Positions 29,816 through 42,677 of a stretch of DNA of 64,000 nt are shown here, piece after piece. Source of the stretch: Octopus vulgaris (taxonomy: Eukaryota); contig OX597821.1 in NCBI GenBank assembly GCA_951406725.2, forward strand, positions 24,490,001-24,554,000, read 5' to 3'. The notes under the pieces are model-generated. The model was given only the letters and a program-made list of their open reading frames with translations. It was not told the origin of the DNA and did no database searches. The translations under genes were made by a program, and so were the position numbers. Position 1 is the stretch's first letter, and the number at the start of each line of letters is the position of its first letter.

Positions 29816-30096
29816 TGACTGTCCCTACAGCCTCCTGCAACAAAGCAACTTTATTTCATTTTTGTCTTTAATTGCGCCATTTTATATCAACCTTATTTTA
29901 TTATAATATTTAATATTTCATTTTATCTATATATGCACGCACACATACACACACACACACGTACATATACACACACAATTATTGAAATAATTAAATGAAC
30001 TATCCTATATATCTGATATAGTGAGGTCTACTTCTTTTTGTGTATACTTCAATACAGCAATACATACATACATACATACATACATACATACATACA

Positions 30097-30132
<36 letters not shown>

Positions 30133-30179
30133 TATAGAGATTACATTATATTATATTATATTATATTATATTATATTGT

Positions 30180-30236
<57 letters not shown>

Positions 30237-30717
30237 AGAGAGATAAGAGAGACAGAGATATGTAAGTAGATTGAGAGAAAAAGTCTTGATGCATTATTGA
30301 GTATAAGAATATTCCAAATTAGACATAAATAAAATCATTCGCTCTTGTTCCTTGTCAGTCTTATATGGATCAGCTAGAAAGTATACTGAAAGACGAAGAA
30401 GCGGTTAACGCAGGCAAAAACCAGAAATCAAAGATGCTACTAATTTTGTAAAGAGTGAGAAGAGCCAAGCGCTCATCGAGATCGCGGATGATGTCAAGAA
30501 GGGAACGATGAACATTAGTGGTTAAACGCTACCGTGGAAAACCGGTGTAGATAATAGAATAAAGAAGTTAATACTTCTACGAAGAACACAAAACTGCCTG
30601 GTAGAGACACAAACAGGACAGTAAATACAAGTCAAATATCAAAAGTAAAGGAAAATGAAATGGGTCGTGCTACTATAAAAGTCTTTTGAAGCATAAAGGG
30701 CTGAGTTGGAAAAATCA

Positions 30718-31068
30718 TTTTTTTTTTTTTTTGACCCCCTTCGGTCAAGAATGACCATGGGATTGCACATAGAAAGTTACCCTCCTAGACACAAGTCCGG
30801 GCAAGGTTGTTTATGGAAGACCAGCAGTCGCCCATGCATACCGGCCTCCCCTCTCCACGTCACCGATGTTGTCCAAGGGAAAGGCAATGGGGCCGATATA
30901 GCTTGGCACCTGTGACGTCGCAACTCATTTCTACAGCTGAGTGAACTGGAGCAACGTGAAATAAAATGCCTTGCTCAATAACACAACACGCAGCCCGGTC
31001 TGGGATTCGAGCTCACAACCTCACGATCGTAAGCTCGACGCTCTAACCACTGAGCCATGCGCCTTCAC
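30718..31068 (-). mobile_element. Poly(A)-tailed tRNA-derived SINE present only in the first duplication unit
   Basis: Head gtgaaggcgcatggctcagtggttagagcg; T-run at 30718-30732; empty site near 37195. Confidence 0.85.
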
Positions 31069-31959
31069 ATTAGGTTCTACTTAAACCTAATGAGAACCAT
31101 TAGGTTCTACTTAAAAAGTGAATACTGGGCAGGAGAAATGGGTATAAACTGCCGCTTTGCATATCGGTAACCATGTAAATGAACGTGTGGATGTGTGAAA
31201 GGTACGGATTAGTTAGACTAGATAGCTAGAGTATTTTTCTTTTGTTGCTTTTTTGTTTTGTTTCTTTTTTTGTTGACCCCTTAAATTTCAATTCTAAAAG
31301 ATTTCTTGATATGCTAAAATAGTAGTTTTTGTGCCGGAAATCTTTGATTTTTCGACCAATGCCTAACTCCTTTCTAGAGTAATATATCAAATCAAGGATA
31401 TACTTGTCTTAGGAACATTTCAGAATTTAAATAGCGTTTTAAAGCTGCTTTTACTGGAATTACAGCTGAGATAGATTATACGGTTCTGGAACATCATACG
31501 AGAAGGAAAACAGACGTGAATTTTGAATATACGAATATAGAGTTTTGTTGTGTGGACGCCCCCAGACGATGAAGTAGACTAGCCCAATACGTAGATATAG
31601 AGGGAGAAGTCTAGACGTCAGGAGCAGCACAGTAGGGCAGTAGTGCAGAGTGGAGAGAAGAGTTGAGTAGCGGTCAGAGATGAGTAGAGTAGTGTTGAGT
31701 AGAAGGCCCACCCCCCTCGAACGTGCGACATAACAAGTTTCAATGTAATTGAACTGAATATAGATTAACTGTTTTCCCAATTAAATTTAAATAATTATCC
31801 ACGTTGTGCACTAAACTCCAAAATAAGTACTTTCAATATCTGTAAAGATATGAATTATTGAAATCCACTTTTATTGCAGTTAGCATGTGTGTGCGTGTGT
31901 ACATACATACATACATACATACATACATACATACATACATACATACAAACATACATACA

Positions 31960-31991
<32 letters not shown>

Positions 31992-32174
31992 AATATAAAT
32001 ATATATATACACACACACACATAAGTGAATTAGAAACATTTCGAGGTATATAAACAAAATCGAATGCACATGCACAGAACTAACCCCCCCCCCCCCGTAT
32101 AAGCGTGTTCGATTTTGTTTATATATATATATATATATATATATGAGTGCATGTAAATAAAGTTATCAACATAC

Positions 32175-33125
32175 AGCAAGTTGTATCAATATTCCGCTGT
32201 AGAGGACTGAGATGGCCAACCCAATGTGCAATAATGTGTAGAATGCTGCAATGATTATTTCTTTCCCGCTGACGTCCTCTTGAAATGCGACAAGGATCAG
32301 CAGACACGAGAAAATAATAGCGCACATGAAGATGATGATTGTATAGCCGGAGAAGTTGGCATTGACATGATGCAATAGCTCCATTATCTCTTCGTATTTC
32401 TCCTGAATGTGAATCAATTTACTGTTAAGGTCGCTAGTTGGTTGTTCTTCCTCGTGGAGCAGCTTCAGTTTTTGTGAGAGGGCGTGCAGCTCACAACAGA
32501 TTATTTTCGAAAAGAAATAAAGTAGTATATCGTCGCTGAGTATTCCAGAAGCGATAAACCAGCTTAACATCACGAAGTTTGTATTTTCCAAAGCTTTATT
32601 CTGCCAAAAAGGCATAGCTAGTAAAGCTCTCACGGAAGATGTTGCAATATCAGTATTAGAGACAGAAATTACGATACATATTATACCAAAGATTATCATG
32701 AGAGTCGAAAATCCTACCATCAATTTAATCATCAGTTTTACTTTCCTCAAAAAATTTTGCTCACTTAGAGAAACAGCACATGCCGCATATTTCTTAAGCA
32801 ATCTTCTGCCGTACACGGCATTGGTGATGAACTTCATTCCATACTTAAAAACTTCCAAAGAATAAAACAGCATGAAATATAAAAAGACAATAACGTTTCC
32901 ACTGCTGATGCAATAATAAAATGAATAATATAAGCGTATTATATTCCAAATCAAAAATAATGAAACTATAATTTTGAAAACTTTGAACAAAGTCTTTTGG
33001 GGTTTGGTGAGATAACCTGACGGGTAAAGGTCTTGACCAGAGAGCGCCGTAAGATGTAATACAGGTTTTAAAATATCTATCGGAATTTCTTCACGTGAAT
33101 CTTGTGTTGATCGCTTATGGTCCAT
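32175..33125 (-). CDS. GRL variable exon V3 (317 codons)
   Basis: Intact ORF with the same donor; lies in the tandem repeat unit. Confidence 0.85.
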
Positions 33126-34846
33126 GTTGGTGGATTTACTGCATGTAGATACATCAATACTAGAGATGACAAATGGTATTACGTTATAAGTTTGTGACTA
33201 TATATTCTTTGGTTCGTTTTCTGCTATAATTGCTACGCCAGAACTTGGGAGAGGTTTGCGAGTATATTGTTTTCCTTGCCAAACGTCATTACAGTGTCTT
33301 GAAATGTTTCTCTAATGGTGGCATAGTAATATGTTTTGGCTGTGATGGCTGTAGTGGTGTTGGTAGAGGTAGTGAACGTCGGTAATCATAGTAGCGATGG
33401 AGATATCTGTTGTTATGGTCGTTATAGTTGTACTGATAATTGCTGTAAAATCGGGTGTTATTAAATACTTTTTACATTAAAAGCTCCAATTCATTAGTTA
33501 CGGCTACAAGATAATGTAACACATCGCATAAGAGAAACAATGGACTCGGATTCAAAACCTGACGTTTTATAAAGTAGATAGAATAACGTTGCAGTGATGA
33601 GCTATATTCGAGAATGAAACGGAGATCATTGGCCCAATGTTCATGTACATAATATGATATTCAGGCATTATGGATAATGCAATGTTGTGGTTTTGCATGT
33701 AAGATAGTGTTCGGCTGATTATGCATATGATATGGCTTTGAGATGGCGTGAAAATAAAATAGCGTTGAAGTGATGTATATAATATAATGCTGAGATGGTT
33801 TATAGAATATTTTGCTTGTATGATGCATAAAACCTCAGCAGTTGCTATGGAGAAGAGCACAATCACTCAATGGAGTACTGACACTATTTACACATGTACT
33901 TATATATCACACACCCACACACAAAACAAACACCAGCGCTCACTCACACATACAGATATGCACATACAACATATGCTTTTGTCACGCATTATCGGTACCA
34001 CCCATTATTGATATGTAAATTATAGATAAATAGATAATGTATTGACGATAAGATGCTTGGAGAAAATCACCCAGCTTCAAAACTGGGACTTTTAGAATAT
34101 ATGATCTCGAGTACTTATTTCGAAATTTGTTTATTTTGGAAGGGTTCTAACTGTTCCTTGATAATGTTTTCTTTCAAACCATTTTAACGCTAATCTTAAG
34201 TCTAACTTTAAGCTACGGTTAGTTTGTACACGATTATAATCTACATTAAATATTACATCACTTAAAGTACTTTCTGAGTCATGAAATTTGAAGCAGTAGA
34301 TCGATTTAATGTCTCTATTGGCACTAATGATAATGATAATGTATATGTCCAGTCGGCCTGTACATACTAGACGTACTTACGTATAAATTCACTAACAATA
34401 ATTTTGGATTATATCGAGATGACAGGTTGCTTATATCATGCAGATGTAATAATTATAATCTAGGTTCTTTCAGAGAAAATCACAGATTTTTAATAACATA
34501 GAAGTTAACATTACGATAGCCACTAATTATGACAAAAGCTTTCCTTGGTATAGATCCCACCACTTACAAACTATTTCATAAGACTTCTGAAATGTTGACT
34601 TTAGCATCAAGTCAAGGGTCTCGAAACGAACTGAGGGAAAGCGATCTTTGCACAGTAGAAATAACACATCCTGCTGAAGTCAGAGCTGTTATATCGATCA
34701 GTATACACACATATCGCATACATTCATAGACATACACAAATACATACTCATGCGCGCACATACACAGATGTACACGTGCAGGTACATACACTCACGCGCA
34801 CACTCACCTACTCACCTGCGTATAGCCCTCCCATCCCATATACACG

Positions 34847-36255
34847 ACACTAATCACGCCCTTCACTTCTTCAATTTCTTTTCCTTCCCTTCCGGCTCCT
34901 CACACCTCTGCATCTTCAACATCAAATCCTTATACACGGTGATTCCCCACAACGACGGTCACTTAGCCCTCTAATACTACCTCGACCGTCGCCCTGCACA
35001 CCCAACACCCAGCACCTCTACCCTTCTCCGTCTGGCAGAGCTCGTCCACACCCTCAACTGCTTTACGTTCGCCGGGGAAACCTACCAAAGGGGTCTGAGG
35101 TCGCGATGGGAACGAGAATGGGCCCCAATTTCGCCGACCTATATGTTGGTCACATTGAGGCGCAAGTATTCTCCCAATTTTCCGGACCAACCCCAGAGCT
35201 ATACGGTTGCTGCATAGACGACTGTATAGGTGCCACCTCTCCCGTGAACAACTCTGCCACTTCATCTCTTTCCTCTCTAACTTCCACCCCTCTCTCCAGT
35301 TTACTTCTACCATCTCTAGCTCCTCGGTGAACTTGATATCTCTCTTACCATTGACCTCCTTTCCCACTCTCACACCATCACCGCCTTCTTCAAACCCACA
35401 GATTTCCACCTCTATACTCCTCCTCCCATCCCTTCCACACCAAACGGGCCATCCCATACCCCAAGTTCCTCCGCCTCCGACGCTTGTGCAGCCGGGACCA
35501 GGACTTCGAGACCCAGTCCCAGTACCTTGCCTGCCTGCTAATGCATCGAGGATACCCACCAACCCTCATCCAAACCGCCCTTGTCCGCGCTCGTCGAATC
35601 GATCGAACCACCGCCCTCCCTCCTTCCCCACACAAGTTCCCTAATCGCACCCCCTTTCCCCTCCTTTTCCACAACTCCACCCTTCCCCCCCATCGGAGGA
35701 TCCTACGGGCCTTCCGTCGTCTCCAGCTCGATCCCACCACCAGCCTCATTTTCCCCCAACCCACCTTTGTCCTTTAAACGCGCTCGGAACCTGCGCCATC
35801 TACTGGTCCGTAGCACCTTCACCTCTTCCCCTAGCCCCATCCGGATCCTTCCCGCGCTCCAGATCCCGCTGCCACACCTGCCCCTTCATCACCAACACTA
35901 CCTCCCTCACTGCTTCTAACTAGCACACTCTTCACATTACAGATTCCTTCTCTTGTACCTCTTCTAGCCTCATATACTGTATTAGATGCAACCTCTGGTA
36001 AAGTATATGTAAGTCGGACGGTCCACCGGCTGGCCGACCGGTTCATCGAACCTCTAAGGGATAATCGGCTACGTTTGAACACCCCGTCACCCGTCACTTC
36101 CGCTTGGCCAACCAGTCCCCCTCTAACATCTCCGTCTATGGCCTCGCTCTGCACCACGGAGCCACACACTCGCGATTCCGCCTGGAACAGCGTTATATTC
36201 TTAATTTATGAGCAAGTATCCATTTCGAACTAAACACCACCCCCTCCTCCAAATG
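34847..36255 (+). mobile_element. Penelope-like fragment, copy 2
   Basis: Duplicate of 28405-29815. Confidence 0.85.
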
Positions 36256-36558
36256 ACTTTCCCCACAGCCTCCTGCAACAAAGCAACTTTATTTCATTTT
36301 TGTCTTTAATTGCGCCATTTTTTATCAACCTTATTTTATTATAATTTATTATATTTCATTTTATCTATATATGCACGCACACATACACACACACACACGT
36401 ACATATACACACACAATTATTGAAATAATTAAATGAACTATCCTATATATCTGATATAGTGAGGCCTACTTCTTTTTGAGAATACTTCAATATATACATA
36501 CATACATACATACATACATACATACATACCTACCTACATACATATATATATATGTATA

Positions 36559-36606
<48 letters not shown>

Positions 36607-36616
36607 GGTATGTATG

Positions 36617-36672
<56 letters not shown>

Positions 36673-38001
36673 CATATAATATATTATATTGTATCATATA
36701 TAATATATATATAGAAAAAGAGAGAGATAATAGAGAGAGAGATATGTAAGTAGATTGAGAAAAAAGTCTTGATGCATTATTGAGTATAAGAATATTCCAA
36801 ATTAGACATAAATAAAATCATTCGCTCTTGTTCCTTGTCAGTCGTATATGGATCAGCTAGAAAGTATAATGAAAGACGAAGAAGCGGTTAACGCAGGCAA
36901 AAACCAGAAATCAAAGATGCTACTAATTTTGTAAAGAGTGAGAAGAGCCAAGCGCTCATCGTGATCGAGGATGATGTCAAGAAGGGAACGATGAACATTA
37001 GTGGTTAAACGCTACCGTGGAAAACCTGTGTAAATAATAGAATAAAGAAGTTAATACTTCTACGAAGAACACAAAACTGCCTGGTAGAGACACAAACAGG
37101 ACAGTAAATACAAGTCAAATATCAAAAGTAAAGGAAAATGAAATGGGTCGTGCTACTATAAAAGTCTTTTGAAGCATAAAGGGCTGAGTTGGAAAAACCA
37201 TTAGGTTCTACTTAAAAAGTGAATACTGGGCAGGAGAAATGGGTATAGACCGCCGCTTTGCATATCGGTAACCATGTAATTGAACGTGTGGATGTGTGAA
37301 AGGTACGGGTTAGTTAGACTAGATAGCTAGAGTGGTTTTGTTGTTTTTTTTTGTTTTGTTTCTTTTTTTGTTGACCCCTTAAATTTCAATTCTGAAAGAT
37401 TTCTTGATATGCTAAAATAGTAGTTTTTGTGCCGGAAATCTTTGATTTTTCGACCAATGCCTAACTCCTTTCTAGAGTAATATATCAAATCAAGGATATA
37501 CTTGTCTTAGGAACATTTCAGAATTTAAATAGCGTTTTAAAGCTGCTTTTACTGGAATTACAGCTGAGATAGATTATACGGTTCTGGAACATCATACGAG
37601 ACAGAAAACAGACGTGAATTTTGAATATACGAATATAGAGTTTTGTTGTGTGGACGCCCCCAGACGATGAAGTAGACTAGCCCAATACGTAGATATAGAG
37701 GGAGAAGTCTAGACGTCAGGAGCAGCACAGTAGGGCAGTAGTGCAGAGTGGAGAGAAGAGTTGAGTAGCGGTCAGAGTAGAGTAGAATAGTGTTGAGTAG
37801 AAGGCCCCCCCCCCTCGAACGTGCGACATAACAAGTTTCAATGTAATTGAACTGAATATAGATTAACTGTTTTCCCAATTAAATTTAAATAATTATCCAC
37901 GTTGTGCACTAAACTCCAAAATAAGTACTTTCAATATCTGTAAAGATATGAATTATTGAAATCCACTTTTATTGCAGTTAGCATGTGTGTGCGTGTGTAC
38001 A

Positions 38002-38033
<32 letters not shown>

Positions 38034-38201
38034 AATATAAATATATATATACACACACACATAAGTGAATTAGAAACATTTCGAGGTATATAAACAAAAT
38101 CGAACGAACATGACCAGAACTACCCCCCCCCCTGTATAAGCGCGTTCGATTTTGTTTATATATATATATATGAATGCATGTAAATAAAGTTATCAACATA
38201 C

Positions 38202-39152
38202 AGCAAGTTGTATCAATATTCCGCTGTAGAGGACTGAGATGGCCAACCCAATGTGCAATAATGTGTTGAATGCCGCAATGATTATTTCTTTCCCGCTGAC
38301 GTCCTCTTGAAATGCGACAAGGATCAGCAGACACGAGAAAATAATAGCGCACATGAAGATGATGATTGTATAGCCGGAGAAGTTGGCATTGACATGATGC
38401 AATAGCTCCATTATCTCTTCGTATTTCTCCTGAATGTGAATCAATTTACTGTTAAGGTCGCTAGTTGGTTGTTCTTCCTCGTGGAGCAGCTTCAGTTTTT
38501 GTGAGAGGGCGTGCAGCTCACAACAGATTATTTTCGAAAAGAAATAAAGTAGTATATCGTCGCTGAGTATTCCAGAAGCGATAAACCAGCTTAACATCAC
38601 GAAGTTTGTATTTTCCAAAGCTTTATTCTGCCAAAAAGGCATAGCTAGTAAAGCTCTCACGGAAGATGTTGCAATATCAGTATTAGAGACAGAAATTACG
38701 ATATATATTATACCAAAGATTATCATGAGAGTCGAAAATCCTACCATCAATTTAATCATCAGTTTTACTTTCCTCAAAAAATTTTGCTCACTTAGAGAAA
38801 CAGCACATGCCGCATATTTCTTAAGCAATCTTCTGCCGTACACGGCATTGGTGATGAACTTCATACCATACTTAAAAACTTCCAAAGAATAAAACAGCAT
38901 GAAATATAAAAAGACAATAACTTTTCCACTGCTGATGCAATAATAAAATGAATAATATAAGCGTATTATATTCCAAATCAAAAATAATGAAACTATAATT
39001 TTGAAAACTTTGAACAAAGTCTTTTGGGGTTTGGTGAGATAACCTGACGGGTAAAGGTCTTGACCAGAGAGCGCCGTAAGATGTAATACAGGTTTTAAAA
39101 TATCTATCGGAATTTCTTCACGTGAATCTTGTATTGATCGCTTATGGTCCAT
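38202..39152 (-). CDS. GRL variable exon V4 (317 codons; near-identical to V3)
   Basis: Intact ORF with the same donor; about 4 aa differences from V3. Confidence 0.83.
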
Positions 39153-40873
39153 GTTGGTGGATTTACTGCATGTAGATACATCAATACTAGAGATGACAAA
39201 TGGTATTACATTATAAGTTTGTGACTATATATTCTTTGGTTCGTTTTCTGCTATAATTGCTACGCCAGAACTTGGGAGAGGTTTGCGAGTATATTGTTTT
39301 CCTTGCCAAACGTCATTACAGTGTCTTGAAATGTTTCTCTAATGGTGGCATAGTAATATGTTTTGGCTGTGATGGCTGTAGTGGTGTTGGTAGAGGTAGT
39401 GAACGTCGGTAATCATAGTAGCGATGGAGATATCTGTTGTTATGGTCGTTATAGTTGTACTGATAATTGCTGTAAAATCGGGTGTTATTAAATACTTTTT
39501 ACATTAAAAGCTCCAATTCATTAGTTACGGCTACAAGATAATGTAACACATCGCATAAGAGAAACAATGGACTCGGATTCAAAACCTGACGTTTTATAAA
39601 GTAGATAGAATAACGTTGCAGTGATGAGCTATATTCGAGAATGAAACGGAGATCATTGGCCCAATGTTCATGTACATAATATGATATTCAGGCATTATGG
39701 ATAATGCAATGTTGTGGTTTTGCATGTAGGATAGTGTTCGGCTGATTATGCATATGATATGGCTTTGAGATGGCGTGAAAATAAAATAGCGTTGAAGTGA
39801 TGTATATAATATAATGCTGAGATGGTTTATAGAATATTTTGCTTGTATGATGCATAAAACCTCAGCAGTTGCTATGGAGAAGAGCACAATCACTCAATGG
39901 AGTACTGACACTATTTACACATGTACTTATATATCACACACCCACACACAAAACAAACACCAGCGCTCACTCACACATACAGATATGCACATACAACATA
40001 TGCTTTTGTCACGCATTATCGGTACCACCCATTATTGATATGTAAATTATAGATAAATAGATAATGTATTGACGATCAGATTCTTGGAGAAAATCACCCA
40101 GCTTCAAAACTGGGACTTTTAGAATTTATAATCTCGAGTACTTATTTCGAAATTTGTTTATTTTGGAAGGGTTCTAACTGTTCCTTGATAATGTTTTCTT
40201 TCAAACCATTTTAACGCTAATCTTAAGTCTAACTTTAAGCTACGGTTAGTTTGTACACGATTATAATCTACATTAAATATTACATCACTTAAAGTACTTT
40301 CTGAGTCATGAAATTTGAAGCAGTAGATCGATTTAATGTCTCTATTGGCACTAATGATAATGATAATGTATATGTCCAGTCGGCCTGTACATACTAGACG
40401 TACTTACGTATAAATTCACTAACAATAATTTTGGATTATATCGAGATGACAGGTTGCTTATATCATGCAGATGTAATAATTATAATCTAGGTTCTTTCAG
40501 AGAAAATCACAGATTTTTAATAACATAGAAGTCAACATTACGATAGCCACTAATTATGACAAAAGCTTTCCTTGGTATAGACCCCACCACTTACAAACTA
40601 TTTCATAAGACTTCTGAAATGTTGACTTTAGCATCAAGTCAAGGGTCTCGAAACGAACTGAAGGAAAGCGATCTTTGCACAGTAGAAATAACACATCCTG
40701 CTGAAGTCAGAGCTGTTATATCGATCAGTATACACACATATCGCATACATTCATAGACATACACAAATACATACTCATGCGCGCACATACACAGATGTAC
40801 ACGTGCAGGTACATACACTCACGCGCACACTCACCTACTCACCTGCGTATAGCCCTCCCATCCCATATACACG

Positions 40874-42275
40874 ACACTAATCACGCCCTTCACTTCTTCA
40901 ATTTCTTTTCCTACCCTTCCGGCTCCTCACACCTCTGCATCTTCAATATCATATCCTTATACACGGTGATTCCCCATAACGACGGTCACTTAGCCCTCTA
41001 ATACTACCTCGACCGTCGCCTTGCACACCCAGCACGCAACACCTCTACCCTTCTCCGTCTGGCAGAGCTCGTCCACACCCTCAACTGCTTTACGTTCGCC
41101 GGGGAAACCTTCCAAAGGGGTCTGAGATCGCGATGGGAACGAGAATGGGCCCCAATTTCGCCGACCTATATGTTGGTCACATTGAGGAGCAAGTATTCCC
41201 CCAATTTTCCGGACCAACCCCAGAGCTATACAGTTGCTGCATAGACGGCTGTATAGGTGCAACCTCCCTCTCCCGTGAACAACTCTGCCACTTCATCTCT
41301 TTCCTCTCTAACTTCCACCCCTCTCTCCAGTTTACTTCTACCATCTCTAACTCCTCGGTGAACTTGATATCTCTCTTACCATTGACCTCCTTTCCCACTC
41401 TCGCACCACCACCACCTTCTTCAAACCCACAGATTTCCACCTCTATACTCCTCCTCGCTCCCTTCCACACCAAACGGGCCATCCCATACCCCAAGTTCCT
41501 CCGCCTCCGACGCTTGTGCAGCCGGGACCAGGACTTCGAGACCCAGTCCCAGTACCTTGCCTGCCTGTTCATGCATCGATGATACCCACCAACCCTTGTC
41601 CAAACCGCCCTTGTCCGCGCTCGTCGAATCGATCGCACCACCGCCCTCCCTCCTTCCCCACACAAGTCCCCTAATCGCACCCCCTTTCCCCTCCTTTTCA
41701 ACCGCTCCACCCTTCCCCCTCATCGGAGGATCCTACGGGCCTTCCGTCGTCTCCAGCTCGATCCCACCACCAGCCTCATTTTCCCCCAACCCACCTTTGT
41801 CCTTTAAACGGGCTCGGAACCTACGCAATCTACTGGTCCGTAGCACCTTCACCTCTTTCCCCAGTCCCATCCGGATCCTTCCCGCGCTCCAGATCCCGCT
41901 GCCACACCTGCCCCTTCATCACCAACACTACCTCCCTCACTGCTTCTAACTAGCACACTCTTCACATCACAGATTCCTTCGCTTGTACCTCTTCTAGCCT
42001 CATATACTGTATTAGATGCAACCTCTGTGTAGGTAGGACGGTCCACCAGCTGGCCGACCGGTTCATCGAACATCTCAGGGATAATCGGCTACGTTTGAAC
42101 ACCCCCGTCACCCGTCACTTCCGCTTGGCCAACCAGTCCCCCTCTAACATCTCCGTCTATGGCCTCGCTCTGCACCACGGAGCCACACACTCGCGATTCC
42201 GCCTGGAACAGCGTTATATTTTTCATCTATGAGCAACTGTCCATCTCGAACTAAACACCACCCCCTCCTCCTAAT
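40874..42275 (+). mobile_element. Penelope-like fragment, copy 3
   Basis: Duplicate of 28405-29815. Confidence 0.85.
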
Positions 42276-42554
42276 GACTGTCCGTACAGCCTCCTGCAAC
42301 AAAGCAACTTTATTTCATTTTTGTTTTTAATTGCGCCATTTTATATCAACCTTATTTTATTATAATTTTTAATATTTCATTTTATCTATATATGCACGCA
42401 CACATACACACACACACACGTACATATACACACACAATTATTGAAATAATTAAATGAACTATCCTATATATCTGATATAGTGAGGTCTACTTCTTTTTGT
42501 GTATAATTCAATACAGCAATACATACATACATACATACATACCTACCTACATAC

Positions 42555-42617
<63 letters not shown>

Positions 42618-42619
42618 TG

Positions 42620-42677
<58 letters not shown>

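Noticed and set aside
27125-40756. Short ORFs repeated almost identically in each unit (MIVLFSIATAEV.., MTKAFLGIDPTT..)
   Set aside because: Recurrence is explained by the recent duplication; no recognisable domain, and frames are broken in older paralogous blocks
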